Shown here piece by piece: positions 10,170-20,291 of a DNA stretch of 64,000 bases (positions are counted from its first letter, which is position 1; the number at the start of each line of letters is the position of its first letter). This DNA is from Patescibacteria group bacterium (GTDB lineage Bacteria; Patescibacteriota; Microgenomatia; UBA8517), in NCBI GenBank assembly GCA_036381415.1, contig DASVCV010000012.1, positions 10,717 through 74,716 on the forward strand, read 5' to 3'. A program made the translations under genes and the position numbers. A model generated the notes under the pieces. That model was given only the letters and a program-made list of their open reading frames with translations, did not search any database and was not told the DNA's origin.

Positions 10170-11269
10170 TTGGCTAAGCTTTCATATACAGCCAACGTGC
10201 CTTGGGCTGTGTTTTGCCAGGAGTATTTTTTAACAGCTTCTCTCCCACTATCAATATATTTATTTCTAAGTTTTTTGTCTTCAATAATTCTTTTGAACTT
10301 AGTTGCAAAATCCTCAGGTTTTTTAGCATCTGCAAAATAAGCACCATCTCCTGCAATTTCAACAAGTGCTTGAGTTCTAGATGCAACCACTGGCGTACCA
10401 CAGGTCAGTGCATCAACTACTGGTATTCCATACCCTTCATAATATGAAGGTTGACAGTAAATTGATGCGAGGTTGTAAATAGCTACCAAATCCTCATCAG
10501 GAACAAATCCTAATCTTTTTATATTCTTTGATTTGTCAAAAGCTTTTAATATCTGTTTAAAATGTGCAAGCTCTGGATGTGGTTTGTTTAAAACAAATCT
10601 AAACCAGTCCTTTAAACCTTTTATGTCATTTATTCCCATCCCTTGAGTTTCAATATCCATTGCTTGTTTTCCAGCAATAACCAAAGGAATATCTGCAATT
10701 TCACAAGCTTTAATTAAGGTTGGAATATTTTTATTGTAATTAACATCCCCAACGTATAAAACAAATTTGTCAGGTAAGCCATATTTTTCTCTAGCTTTAT
10801 TTAAGGTCTTCTGATCACCAATTTTTCTATAAATTGGCTTAGGTGCCAAATAAACTACATGTATTTTTTCTGGTCTTATTCCCAAAAATCTTACAATATC
10901 TTTCTTTGAAGTCTCAGAAATAGTAATTACTGCGTCTGCTCTTTTAACAAGAAACTTATTCAAATTAAATTTAATCTTTCCCTTTAATCCAGGTGGATAG
11001 TGCTTAGGATAAATTAGAGGAATTAAATCATGGATAGTAACTACTGTTTTTGTTTTTTTTATTAAAGGAAGGTTTACAAAAAAAGGATTAAAAAACTGAT
11101 AATGTGCAACATCAAATTTTGATAAGTCAGTTTTTGTAAAATCAACTGCTTCGACTTTTACCCCATTAAGCTTCTCCAAATGCTCTATAAGAAGCCTAGT
11201 ATGCACACCAATCCCTCTTACTGAGTGTCCTGATGTTAATGGTCCTGTATCAATTGCAACTTTAATCAT
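10166..11269 (-). CDS. GT4 (group 1) glycosyltransferase
   Basis: N-terminus MIKVAIDTGPL, C-terminus EGYGIPVVDALTCGTPVVAS. The track start at 11287 is TTG; the ATG at 11269 makes an ATGA overlap with the upstream stop. Confidence 0.75.
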   Translation of the reverse strand: MIKVAIDTGPLTSGHSVRGIGVHTRLLIEHLEKLNGVKVEAVDFTKTDLSKFDVAHYQFFNPFFVNLPLIKKTKTVVTIHDLIPLIYPKHYPPGLKGKIKFNLNKFLVKRADAVITISETSKKDIVRFLGIRPEKIHVVYLAPKPIYRKIGDQKTLNKAREKYGLPDKFVLYVGDVNYNKNIPTLIKACEIADIPLVIAGKQAMDIETQGMGINDIKGLKDWFRFVLNKPHPELAHFKQILKAFDKSKNIKRLGFVPDEDLVAIYNLASIYCQPSYYEGYGIPVVDALTCGTPVVASRTQALVEIAGDGAYFADAKKPEDFATKFKRIIEDKKLRNKYIDSGREAVKKYSWQNTAQGTLAVYESLAK

Positions 11270-12141
11270 AGTGCTTCTCCTGACCAATATTTAAAATAGG
11301 CAATTGGAAAATGAAATGCAGAAAATATTGACCAAACAAACCCTCTCATTCCATCCTCAAAGCCTTTATTTTTAATATATAAATTAACAAACACTGAAAA
11401 AGGCTTTAGGAATGAATAATAAATAAGTGAAAGGAAATTCTTTGATACCTTTTTCACTTTAAATTCTGCTGCGGTTAAACTTGTATATCTATTAGCTCTA
11501 GACAAGTATCTACTAAAGGTAGGTGAGTCATAATGCTCTAAATCATTAAACAGCCAAGCCACTTCTCCTTGTATTTTCATCTGTTCATGAACCGATTTTG
11601 CAGGCAAATATGCCTTTCCATTCTTAATAAGTCTAATAACAGCATCAGGATAAACTCCTGCATGAATAAGTGGTTTTCCTAAAAACATGTTTAGTCTTGG
11701 TATAAAAAATGCAACAATCTCACCCTTCTCACCTAATTTGCCATCTCTTTCTTCAATAATGCTTTGGTGCCTTTGAAATAATCTCCATTTCTTCATACTA
11801 CTTGGTCTTCTCCTACATATTTCCTCACTAGTCATATTAATCACTTCTTTAATTTCTTCTGCAAGTTCTTTTATAACTACCTCATCAGCATCCAATTGAA
11901 GTATCCAATCACCCTTTGCTTTCTCAATTGCCTTTTGTTTAGTTATATGGAAAACATCATGATGAGGCTCTTCATAAACCTTCGCGCCCAATCTTTTTGC
12001 AATCTCTGCTGTCTTATCAGTTGAATATTCATCAACAACAATAATCTCATCAGCTATATTCTTAACTGACTTCAGGCACCTTTCTATATTAGCTTCTTCA
12101 TTTCTGGTAGCAAGCACTACTGACAATTTCATCTTATCCAT
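11266..12141 (-). CDS. GT2 family glycosyltransferase (with a C-terminal extension)
   Basis: LSVVLATRNEEANI..VVDEYSTDKT..LDADE; paralogous to 37922-38686 and 41077-41979. The track start at 12156 is TTG; the first ATG is at 12141. Confidence 0.8.
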   Translation of the reverse strand: MDKMKLSVVLATRNEEANIERCLKSVKNIADEIIVVDEYSTDKTAEIAKRLGAKVYEEPHHDVFHITKQKAIEKAKGDWILQLDADEVVIKELAEEIKEVINMTSEEICRRRPSSMKKWRLFQRHQSIIEERDGKLGEKGEIVAFFIPRLNMFLGKPLIHAGVYPDAVIRLIKNGKAYLPAKSVHEQMKIQGEVAWLFNDLEHYDSPTFSRYLSRANRYTSLTAAEFKVKKVSKNFLSLIYYSFLKPFSVFVNLYIKNKGFEDGMRGFVWSIFSAFHFPIAYFKYWSGEAL

Positions 12142-12145
12142 ATTA

Positions 12146-13801
12146 CTAGTTTGCAACTATTTTAAAAACAGGCTTTCCATCAGGTCCATATATTACTCTT
12201 ACTATATTAGCTTCATTTGGAATCTCAGTATCCGTCCCCACAATTAAAGTATTTGGATTATCCACCTTTGCCTCATCAAATCTTATGGTTGAGAAATAAT
12301 ATTTATCAAAGTGGTTAACAGTTGAAAATCCAAATCCATCCCTAGGTGTAAGTGTATGCTCAGCCTGGAACTTAGCAGGCGAATACTTCATGTAGAAAAG
12401 AAAAAGTATATATGGCTGGTCATATCTATCAGTAACCAATATTTTCTGGTATGCACTCGTATGCCCTTGCACATAACTTACTAAGTCTTTTAATCCATAC
12501 TGAGATGAGAATGGATACTCCTTTGCCATATGCACATAATACATGTGTAAGTATCTTCCAAAATTAAGACAAATAGCTGCAACAACAACTATGTAGAATG
12601 CATTCCTTAAATTTGTTCTACTCACTCTTTTTCTAAACTGTGCAACAATGCACATCAGTCCAAACTCACTTAATATCACAAGAGGAATTATCATATTATG
12701 AGCACGTAATGCTCCAGGTGCCTGAAAAGTAAGTGCAGAAGCAACAGGAGCAACAATTAGCCACCACATAATTGTGGCATGCTCCTTCTTCAAATTCCTC
12801 ACAATTACAATTAACCCAATTCCTACAAGCACAACATCATATATATACATCTCTCCTGTTTCTGGAACTTTATTTCTTTGCACTTCATCTCCTGACAAAA
12901 ACAAAAACTCTCCCCAATAATGCTTTCCCCAATTTTCCAAGAATGCCAGCGAATAGTTAACTGCTTTATTATGAAGAGATTTTGCAAGTAAACTGCTTAT
13001 GTTTGAGTGTTCTCCTCTTTGTTCCTCTAGCCTTGATTTAGGTCCCGGATCTGCAAAAAGACCAACTCCAGCTGCTCTGGATAATGCTCCTCCCTTTGTC
13101 AGATCAAGTGCCAGAGGAAGTACAAGAACTAATCCAACTACTGCAGCAATAATAATTGTTCTCTTGCTCTTTAAAATATCTTTAAAATAAATTGCAAAAA
13201 GTCCAATTCCCAGTAGTGGAACAACAACTCTTGCAGCATGGTATGTATATAAAGCCAAAACAAAAGAAACTAGACACCCATAATAATACTTAGGTTTCTT
13301 TAAACCCTTTAGGAAAAGAAGAACTCCTAGGGATATAAAAAAGGTTGCTACATTTGCTTCCCATCCCCCTCTTGAAAAATGTATATGCCAGGGTGATATT
13401 GCAAGAAAAAAGCTTGCAACAAGTGATCCTTCTTCATCATCAAATAATTCCTTGACAAGCATATACACAAGTAGCACCGTGACTACCCCTAAAAACGCAG
13501 CTGGAGCCCGCACCGACATCTCGTTTAATCCAAAAAGCTTTACAAAAGGAACAACAATGTAGAAATAAAGACCAGGTTTATAATCATTAAATGACTGAAA
13601 GTGAATCGGCCAAGGGTTGCCATGTTCATCTTTTCCAGTTTGAATTAAAGAATAAGCATTGTAGCCAATTGCTGCTTCATCTGCATTAAGAGCAGGATAT
13701 GAATCAAGTTGATAAAACCTTAGAGTAAAAGCTAGAAGAACAATAAGTATAAGTGTTATTCTTCTTTTGTTTGATATTAATCCTAATAATCTTTCTTTCA
13801 T
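12146..13801 (-). CDS. PMT/GT39-like GT-C membrane glycosyltransferase (paralog A1); polyprenol-phosphate-sugar dependent by family
   Basis: Loop-1 motif NADEAAIGYNAYSLIQTGKDEHG..FQSFNDYKPGLYFY resembles the PMT DE(V)HFGKFASYY pattern; about 11 TM helices plus a C-terminal soluble domain. Confidence 0.7.
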   Translation of the reverse strand: MKERLLGLISNKRRITLILIVLLAFTLRFYQLDSYPALNADEAAIGYNAYSLIQTGKDEHGNPWPIHFQSFNDYKPGLYFYIVVPFVKLFGLNEMSVRAPAAFLGVVTVLLVYMLVKELFDDEEGSLVASFFLAISPWHIHFSRGGWEANVATFFISLGVLLFLKGLKKPKYYYGCLVSFVLALYTYHAARVVVPLLGIGLFAIYFKDILKSKRTIIIAAVVGLVLVLPLALDLTKGGALSRAAGVGLFADPGPKSRLEEQRGEHSNISSLLAKSLHNKAVNYSLAFLENWGKHYWGEFLFLSGDEVQRNKVPETGEMYIYDVVLVGIGLIVIVRNLKKEHATIMWWLIVAPVASALTFQAPGALRAHNMIIPLVILSEFGLMCIVAQFRKRVSRTNLRNAFYIVVVAAICLNFGRYLHMYYVHMAKEYPFSSQYGLKDLVSYVQGHTSAYQKILVTDRYDQPYILFLFYMKYSPAKFQAEHTLTPRDGFGFSTVNHFDKYYFSTIRFDEAKVDNPNTLIVGTDTEIPNEANIVRVIYGPDGKPVFKIVAN

Positions 13802-15489
13802 TTTAATATTTCTACAACTCTAAAAGCTGTCTTTCCATCTAAATATTTTATTTCCTTAATCAGTTTAAACCTGTTTGGATCACTTGAATCCTGTACGGGC
13901 ATTTTAATTGGATCTGCAACAATTAATTCACCTTTGTGCCCCTGGTCAGCTGACCAATCAATTGCACTAAATTCAATATTGTCTAATTTTTCAACCAATC
14001 CCACATCCCCCATTGGGCTTTCAGTTAAATGAGCCTGTGCTTGGTATTTAGCTGGGTCATACTTTTCAAAAAATAAAAAGTAAATATATGGCTGAGCATA
14101 GCTCTGTTCTACCTTTATTTTCTTGTAGTTTCCTTGTACTGGATAAACTGCTTCAACTATTTGTTTGTAGCCATATTCCCAATAAATAGAATCATGTTTA
14201 GGTAAATGTACAAAATAAGAGTCTAAATAGTAAACATAATTAGCAGTATATATAAGAGCAAGGGCAACAAAGATAATTCTATACCTGCTAATAAGTAAAT
14301 AAGCTCCATGAGCCATAATAATTACAAAAGGAATTACCATATTGAACGCCCTAACAGCATGCACCTGATCCCTAGATAATATCGAAGGAAGTGTAGCTAA
14401 AATAAGCCAAAGTCCTACAAATAAATTTTCCTTCTTTATCAACGAAGTCGGCAAAGCTTTGCTTAGCTTTCCCTTTACCATTGCCGCAAACCCAACTGCC
14501 ACTAAGAAGGCATCGCTAACCAAGAACATCCCCATATTAGGAGGTGAATGTCTTGGGTTAGTCCAATCCCCTTCAAAAAACAAAAATCTAACGGAAAAAT
14601 GATTAAAGAATCTGCCTAGCACTCCTCTTGCAAAATTAAGCCACTCGGGATGAAATAAGTAATAGGATAAGCTTCCTTTCACTTCTTGTCCTTCATCCAA
14701 AAAATCTTGTAAATATTTTTCAGGTCTGGGATTCGAAAAAACACTAAAGATAGCAAGCCTGCCAGTCTGCCCATTAAATAAACTTAGTATTATTGGTATA
14801 CAAACCAATACCCCAACAGCAATCGACTGCAAAATAACTTTTCTTTCTATTTTTAATAACTCCTTAAGGTACAAAACCAAAAGAAGTAAAACTACAATTC
14901 CTGTTGAAAGTTTTGCCCCTTGATATGCAGTAAGGGTTAAAGCAAAAAATACTGCTGAAAATATCAAGTATTTTCCCTTCTTGAAAGATTTGAAAAAAAA
15001 GTAAATACCAATAAGTGTAAGGGTCAAAGAAAGATTTATCTCCCAAGCACCTCTTGAAAAATGTATATGCCAGGAATTAATTGCTAAAAGAAAAGCTCCT
15101 AGAAGTGCAAGCTTTTCCTCTTTCCAAACTTCTTTAAGTACTAAATAAAGAAGTACTACTGCAAGTATCCCTGCTATTGCACTTGGGAGCCTTACTGCAA
15201 ACTCATTGAGCCCAAATATTAAAACTGAAGGAATTGCAGCATAAACATAAAGACCTGGTTTAAAATCTCCAAAAGACTTAAAAATAATTGGGAAAAGTGT
15301 TCCATACTCATCTCTTCCTGTTTTTAAAATTGAATAGGCATTGTATCCCAATGATGCTTCATCAGCAGTCAGATGAGGTGGAACATTACTTAGATTAACC
15401 AACCTCAAAACTGCAGCAAGAATAATTATCAAAAACAAGAACACAGTTATTTTTGATTTAATTTTCATAATATTTTTAATAAATAACAT
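13798..15489 (-). CDS. PMT/GT39-like GT-C membrane glycosyltransferase (paralog A2)
   Basis: TADEASLGYNAYSILKTGRDEYG..FKSFGDFKPGLYVY; 563 aa. Confidence 0.7.
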   Translation of the reverse strand: MLFIKNIMKIKSKITVFLFLIIILAAVLRLVNLSNVPPHLTADEASLGYNAYSILKTGRDEYGTLFPIIFKSFGDFKPGLYVYAAIPSVLIFGLNEFAVRLPSAIAGILAVVLLYLVLKEVWKEEKLALLGAFLLAINSWHIHFSRGAWEINLSLTLTLIGIYFFFKSFKKGKYLIFSAVFFALTLTAYQGAKLSTGIVVLLLLVLYLKELLKIERKVILQSIAVGVLVCIPIILSLFNGQTGRLAIFSVFSNPRPEKYLQDFLDEGQEVKGSLSYYLFHPEWLNFARGVLGRFFNHFSVRFLFFEGDWTNPRHSPPNMGMFLVSDAFLVAVGFAAMVKGKLSKALPTSLIKKENLFVGLWLILATLPSILSRDQVHAVRAFNMVIPFVIIMAHGAYLLISRYRIIFVALALIYTANYVYYLDSYFVHLPKHDSIYWEYGYKQIVEAVYPVQGNYKKIKVEQSYAQPYIYFLFFEKYDPAKYQAQAHLTESPMGDVGLVEKLDNIEFSAIDWSADQGHKGELIVADPIKMPVQDSSDPNRFKLIKEIKYLDGKTAFRVVEILK

Positions 15490-15497
15490 ATCCGTTT

Positions 15498-17192
15498 CTA
15501 GTTGCTATATATTTCAAAAGCTTTCTTTCCATCTAAAAAGTCATATGTTTTCAACAGCTTCCATCCTTTGGGATAATTACCAGGACTTGTAATAAGTAAG
15601 CACTTAGTTTTTGAGCAATCCACATTCTCCTTTTTACTCTCCAGTACAAATGTAGTCCCTTCTTTAGGAATTTGCCAGTCATTCACAAAGTAAAATTTAT
15701 CAAACCTATCCACCCAATACCAGTTGCTTTGGAAAAATCGGATTAGATTTGGATCATTTCTATATTTTTCCGGACTCCACCCTGAAAAGAAAAGAAGAAA
15801 TTCATGTGGTTCTCCATACTTCTTAGTCACTATAATCTTTTCATATTGAGAAGAGTTCTCATTTGCATAGCTATACACCTCTTTGTATCCGTATTGCCAA
15901 GCCCAAGAATAGTTATTTCTATAGCTGTTAGCATACACATTCAAATAATTTCCAAGCAATATAAACATAACTCCGCCAAACAGCAAGCTCACAAAAACTC
16001 TATACTTAGGCATTCTCTTTATAACCTCAACCAAACCAACTGCACTAAGTATTTGCGGAATAGGTAGCAATGTAGTTGCCCTAATAAGAGCAGATTCATC
16101 TTGTGTAATGGCTGCAGGAATAGGCGCCAGAATTAGCCATAATAATAGTAATCTCCAGTCTCTGTCTTTTATAGCCTTCTTGATCAAAATAAATAGTCCT
16201 AAATAAAAAAACGGCAATTCAGCCAGATATAAAACTCCATGATTTGGAACACTAAATTGATACTGAGTTCCACCTTTTAAAAACAAAAAGCTCGGAGAAA
16301 AATAATTTATATAGTTTCTTGCAAAATTAACTGAAAGATATGTGGCTTTGTTATATAAAAGCGACTTAAACGGCAGCTTTGAGCTATTACGCAAATCGTT
16401 TATTTGATTAATAGCTCCCTGATCAATCAAAAAAACTACATTAGACCTTGCCCTAGCTTGAGGATTTAAAAGAATAAAAGGCAGAGGTGCAAAAAACAAG
16501 AGTATGAAAGCAAATGAAACAACAATCTCTACACTTCTTCTAGAAATCTTCTGGATAAACTCCTTTCTATAAATCAAAAGTAAACCAACCAATATTAATG
16601 GCGAAAAAATTCTAGTTGAATGATATGAAAAAAGAGTCGAACCCAGAAATAAAAATGAAATAGGTGTAAACCATCTGTTCTTTTCTCTATTAAAAAAGAC
16701 AGCCATTGCAGTTGTCAGAAAAAATACAGACAAGTTGGACTGAAAAACTGCCCTTGATGGAAACAAAAGCCACGGATCAATTGCAGCAAAAAAAGAACCA
16801 ATAAGTGCAATTTTGCGGTTTTTTGTTATCCCAAGAGCAAGAAAATATACAGAAACAATTGTCAAAGTGCCTAAAAACGCATGTGGAAAGCGTATTGCAA
16901 CCTCATTAAGCCCAAAAACAGCTATAAAAGGAATTGTTAAGTAAAGATTAAGAGGAAGGGGATAGTCTCCATAAGCTCTAAAATTTGCAATTGGGAAAGC
17001 CTGACCCCACTCATCCTTGCCTGTCTTAAGGATAGAATAGGCATTATATCCATGGCTTACCTCATCCCAATTAAGGGAAGGTGGAACAAAATTTAAGTAA
17101 GAAAATCTTAAAACCGCTCCAAGCACCAATATTAGAACTAAATATTTATTTTTAAGTAAAAAGCCAATAATGTTATTTTTTATTTTCTTCAT
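15498..17192 (-). CDS. PMT/GT39-like GT-C membrane glycosyltransferase (paralog A3)
   Basis: NWDEVSHGYNAYSILKTGKDEWG. The track start at 17228 is TTG; the ATG at 17192 gives MKKIKNN. Confidence 0.7.
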   Translation of the reverse strand: MKKIKNNIIGFLLKNKYLVLILVLGAVLRFSYLNFVPPSLNWDEVSHGYNAYSILKTGKDEWGQAFPIANFRAYGDYPLPLNLYLTIPFIAVFGLNEVAIRFPHAFLGTLTIVSVYFLALGITKNRKIALIGSFFAAIDPWLLFPSRAVFQSNLSVFFLTTAMAVFFNREKNRWFTPISFLFLGSTLFSYHSTRIFSPLILVGLLLIYRKEFIQKISRRSVEIVVSFAFILLFFAPLPFILLNPQARARSNVVFLIDQGAINQINDLRNSSKLPFKSLLYNKATYLSVNFARNYINYFSPSFLFLKGGTQYQFSVPNHGVLYLAELPFFYLGLFILIKKAIKDRDWRLLLLWLILAPIPAAITQDESALIRATTLLPIPQILSAVGLVEVIKRMPKYRVFVSLLFGGVMFILLGNYLNVYANSYRNNYSWAWQYGYKEVYSYANENSSQYEKIIVTKKYGEPHEFLLFFSGWSPEKYRNDPNLIRFFQSNWYWVDRFDKFYFVNDWQIPKEGTTFVLESKKENVDCSKTKCLLITSPGNYPKGWKLLKTYDFLDGKKAFEIYSN

Positions 17193-18669
17193 ATTTAAAT
17201 TTCTTCCAGGTAGCTGCAACCAGCACAACTGCCAAAACGCTCACCCAATTTCCAACAGTTCTGACAGGTGTATCTGAAAAAACCGCCCCGTCTGCAGGAA
17301 TCAAACCATTTTTATCAGGTTGGTAATTCCAACCTGGAAAATAGTTTATATACTTTCCATCAGAAATCTTATCCGGTAGTTTATGGCCAAAGTTTGGCCA
17401 ATAATCATTAATTGATGCAAACCTTGATTCTGTCCAAAAAGCCCCGCTCTCCAAATCACTATCTGTAACACTCTTCCATATATCTGGTCTGAAAAAATTG
17501 TAGTTAAGAGCTATTGCAATTACCACAACGACAACAGCCATCCATACTCCAAATTTCCCTAAGTATTTTACAATCAGCCCTGAGGCAAGTGCGAAAGAAA
17601 AAACAGCAACACTCAAAAATCTCCATGGGAACTGAATATATTTCATAAACATTAAGTTGTTCCAAATAAATGTTGATTTATTATGAGTCAAGAAAAGTGC
17701 AAAAACTCCTATTAAAACTAAGGCCACAAAAATCTTTACATCCTTAGTAAATTTTCTCCTTAAGAGGACAATTAAACCAACAAGAAAAGGTAGAACCCAC
17801 TGTATCTGTCCAACTGATAAGCTAAGCCCATCATCAGTTCCCCATACAGATCCTCCATAACCCCAAAATCTGGAAACAAAAAGCTGCCCAATCGTTACAA
17901 AATTGGCTCTCCAATCAAAATATCCGCTTGTTGTAGAACCGATATCTACAAATTTTGATTCAAAAATAACCGGCAAAATATAAAACGCAGAAATTACAAA
18001 AGAAAAAAGTCCCGCAATTGCAAGGTATACAAATGGTTTTACATTTTTATATGTTAATAGCCTAAAGATTGTCCATCCTATTAAAAAGGGTAAAAATAAA
18101 ACAACTGACAAACTATGATTTAAGAGTAGAAGAGCAAAGAATAGACTAAACAGGACTAGATACGTCTTCTTCTTTGTAGACAAATAGTTTTCTATTTCTA
18201 AAATTATCAATGGAAAGAAAACAAAACTCATGCTCTCAGCCAGATCTCCCCTTACCCAGACATCAACTGCCCGGTATGGAGCATACAGATAAATAGCAGA
18301 TGACACTATCGCCGCCCAATCACTTTTCCAAATCTTTTTGGCCAGTAAAAACATTGCAAAAGCTGACATTACAAAGGATAAGGTAAAAGCAATTTTTAAA
18401 GAGTCTATTTTGCTAAAACCAACTAAATGAAATATTTCTCCAACTGCAAATGACACCTGTCCGTAAAAATTAAAAAGAGGCTCTCCATAACCAGCCCCCA
18501 CATCCTGCGCCCATCTGCATGGAATCTGTAAAGCTCTAAAGCACTTGTCTAGCTCAACCAAACGGATGTAGGGAAAATCCTGCATTGAGTAAATGCCAAA
18601 CTGGAGCATTCTCCAAAAAGCAGGGACAGATATAGCTAAAACAAGTAGAATTAAAAGTTTCTTTTTCAC
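17173..18669 (-). CDS. Polytopic membrane protein, putative GT-C (resembles the 'PTPS-related'/COG5617-type family)
   Basis: N-terminal motif LQIPCRWAQDVGAGYGEPLFNFY is shared with the N-terminal module of 46697-49711; about 12 TM helices; GTG start overlapping the upstream stop. Confidence 0.5.
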   Translation of the reverse strand: MKKKLLILLVLAISVPAFWRMLQFGIYSMQDFPYIRLVELDKCFRALQIPCRWAQDVGAGYGEPLFNFYGQVSFAVGEIFHLVGFSKIDSLKIAFTLSFVMSAFAMFLLAKKIWKSDWAAIVSSAIYLYAPYRAVDVWVRGDLAESMSFVFFPLIILEIENYLSTKKKTYLVLFSLFFALLLLNHSLSVVLFLPFLIGWTIFRLLTYKNVKPFVYLAIAGLFSFVISAFYILPVIFESKFVDIGSTTSGYFDWRANFVTIGQLFVSRFWGYGGSVWGTDDGLSLSVGQIQWVLPFLVGLIVLLRRKFTKDVKIFVALVLIGVFALFLTHNKSTFIWNNLMFMKYIQFPWRFLSVAVFSFALASGLIVKYLGKFGVWMAVVVVVIAIALNYNFFRPDIWKSVTDSDLESGAFWTESRFASINDYWPNFGHKLPDKISDGKYINYFPGWNYQPDKNGLIPADGAVFSDTPVRTVGNWVSVLAVVLVAATWKKFKYEENKK

Positions 18670-20291
18670 TTTGTTGATACAATATAATACGCCGGCGTCA
18701 GATTAGGATAATTCACTACAAAATCAATTTTTGCACTTGTAGGAAATTCAGATGGCTTCCCAACTAAGATAATATTTTTCAGCTTGCTGTCCACATTATA
18801 ATTAATATCTCGAAAAATATACTTTCCTATATTGTAGCTTCCCTGCTGGTCCACCCAACCATTAACTAATTCCCAATTCCTGCTTGCGCTCTGATACTCT
18901 CTAGGGTCTATTTTTTTATAAAAAGCTAAATAAATTTGAGGCTCTGAAACTGACTTTGAAATAATAACTTCCTTCTTTCCACCTTCTTCTTTAGATATAA
19001 AATCCACCACTTCTTTCGTTCCATATATCATACTAGGAGCATAAGAAACCCTCTGAGCATACACATACTTCTCAAAATTAAAAGCAAACGAAAGAAAAAC
19101 AACAATTACACTAGCAAACACAATTGCCTGCTTATAAAATCTAGGAAACTTAAGAACATATCTTCTATACAAATAGACTAACCCAAATGCCAATAAAATT
19201 TGCAGTGCAGGCATCATAAAAGCTACTCTGTTTGCAGCAAAACCAGGCCCTGTTGTTAAACTTGCAGGTATTGGACTTATTAATACCCAAAAAATAAATA
19301 GCCCTGCATTTTTAATTTGCCCACGGATTAATCCAACAATCAGTCCCACCAAAGATACAATGTCAAACAAGTACAATACCCCCACTCCTGGAACCATCCC
19401 ATAAGTTCCCTCATTTGGACCATTTGTAAAAAGAAACTGAGGAGAAAAGTAACTTAGGTAGTTTTTTGTAAAAGTTGTTGCAAGAGTAATAAGCTTATTA
19501 TTAAATGTTCTTGCCACTATATTTGCCTCTCCAGCCAAAATTGCCTGATACCGGTCCTGAGCAGACCATCCAGAAACCAAAGAAAAAATAGAAGATGAGG
19601 CAATCCTTGAGCTTCCAATTATATAAAAATAAACCGCTGAAGCTAAAAATAAAAACACTACCACACAAGCAAATAGAGTGTATTTTTCAATTTTTATCTC
19701 TTTTCTATAATTAAATATTAAGTATCCAACAATTAATGGAGTAAGCAATCTTGCCGTGTGATATGAAAACATATTAAGTCCAAAAACTAATGCACTCACA
19801 ACCAACAGCTTTGGCCTTTTAATACCTTCTATAAATAGAAGTATCCCCAGTGGTAAAAAAAATGTAGTTAGATTAGCTTCAAATGCCCCTCTTGAAAGCA
19901 TGATATGCCAAGGTGAAATTGCAACTAAGAATGAGGCAAGTAAAGCAGTTTTGTCTGTACTTAGCTTCTTAACTAGAAAATAGACAGCTACTAAAGCTAA
20001 ACTGCCAAGTACTGCATTAGGAAGTCTTGTAGCAGTTTCATTAAGTCCAAAAACTGCAATAAAAGGTATATCTAGATAGCTGTATAAAGGAAGCTTAGAA
20101 TCTCCAAATGATCTTAATATTAACGGAAAACTCACTCCCCACTGATCTTTTCCCGTTTTTAAAATTGAATAGGCATCATAACCAAACGAAGCTTCATCAG
20201 GAGTAAACCCAGCAGGTACACTATTTAATCCTATAACTCTAAGTAAGAATCCTAAAGATACAATTAATACTAAAATCCACTTTCGTGCCAC
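18666..20291 (-). CDS. PMT/GT39-like GT-C membrane glycosyltransferase (paralog A4)
   Basis: TPDEASFGYDAYSILKTGKDQWG..LRSFGDSKLPLYSY; apparent GTG start. Confidence 0.7.
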   Translation of the reverse strand: MARKWILVLIVSLGFLLRVIGLNSVPAGFTPDEASFGYDAYSILKTGKDQWGVSFPLILRSFGDSKLPLYSYLDIPFIAVFGLNETATRLPNAVLGSLALVAVYFLVKKLSTDKTALLASFLVAISPWHIMLSRGAFEANLTTFFLPLGILLFIEGIKRPKLLVVSALVFGLNMFSYHTARLLTPLIVGYLIFNYRKEIKIEKYTLFACVVVFLFLASAVYFYIIGSSRIASSSIFSLVSGWSAQDRYQAILAGEANIVARTFNNKLITLATTFTKNYLSYFSPQFLFTNGPNEGTYGMVPGVGVLYLFDIVSLVGLIVGLIRGQIKNAGLFIFWVLISPIPASLTTGPGFAANRVAFMMPALQILLAFGLVYLYRRYVLKFPRFYKQAIVFASVIVVFLSFAFNFEKYVYAQRVSYAPSMIYGTKEVVDFISKEEGGKKEVIISKSVSEPQIYLAFYKKIDPREYQSASRNWELVNGWVDQQGSYNIGKYIFRDINYNVDSKLKNIILVGKPSEFPTSAKIDFVVNYPNLTPAYYIVSTK

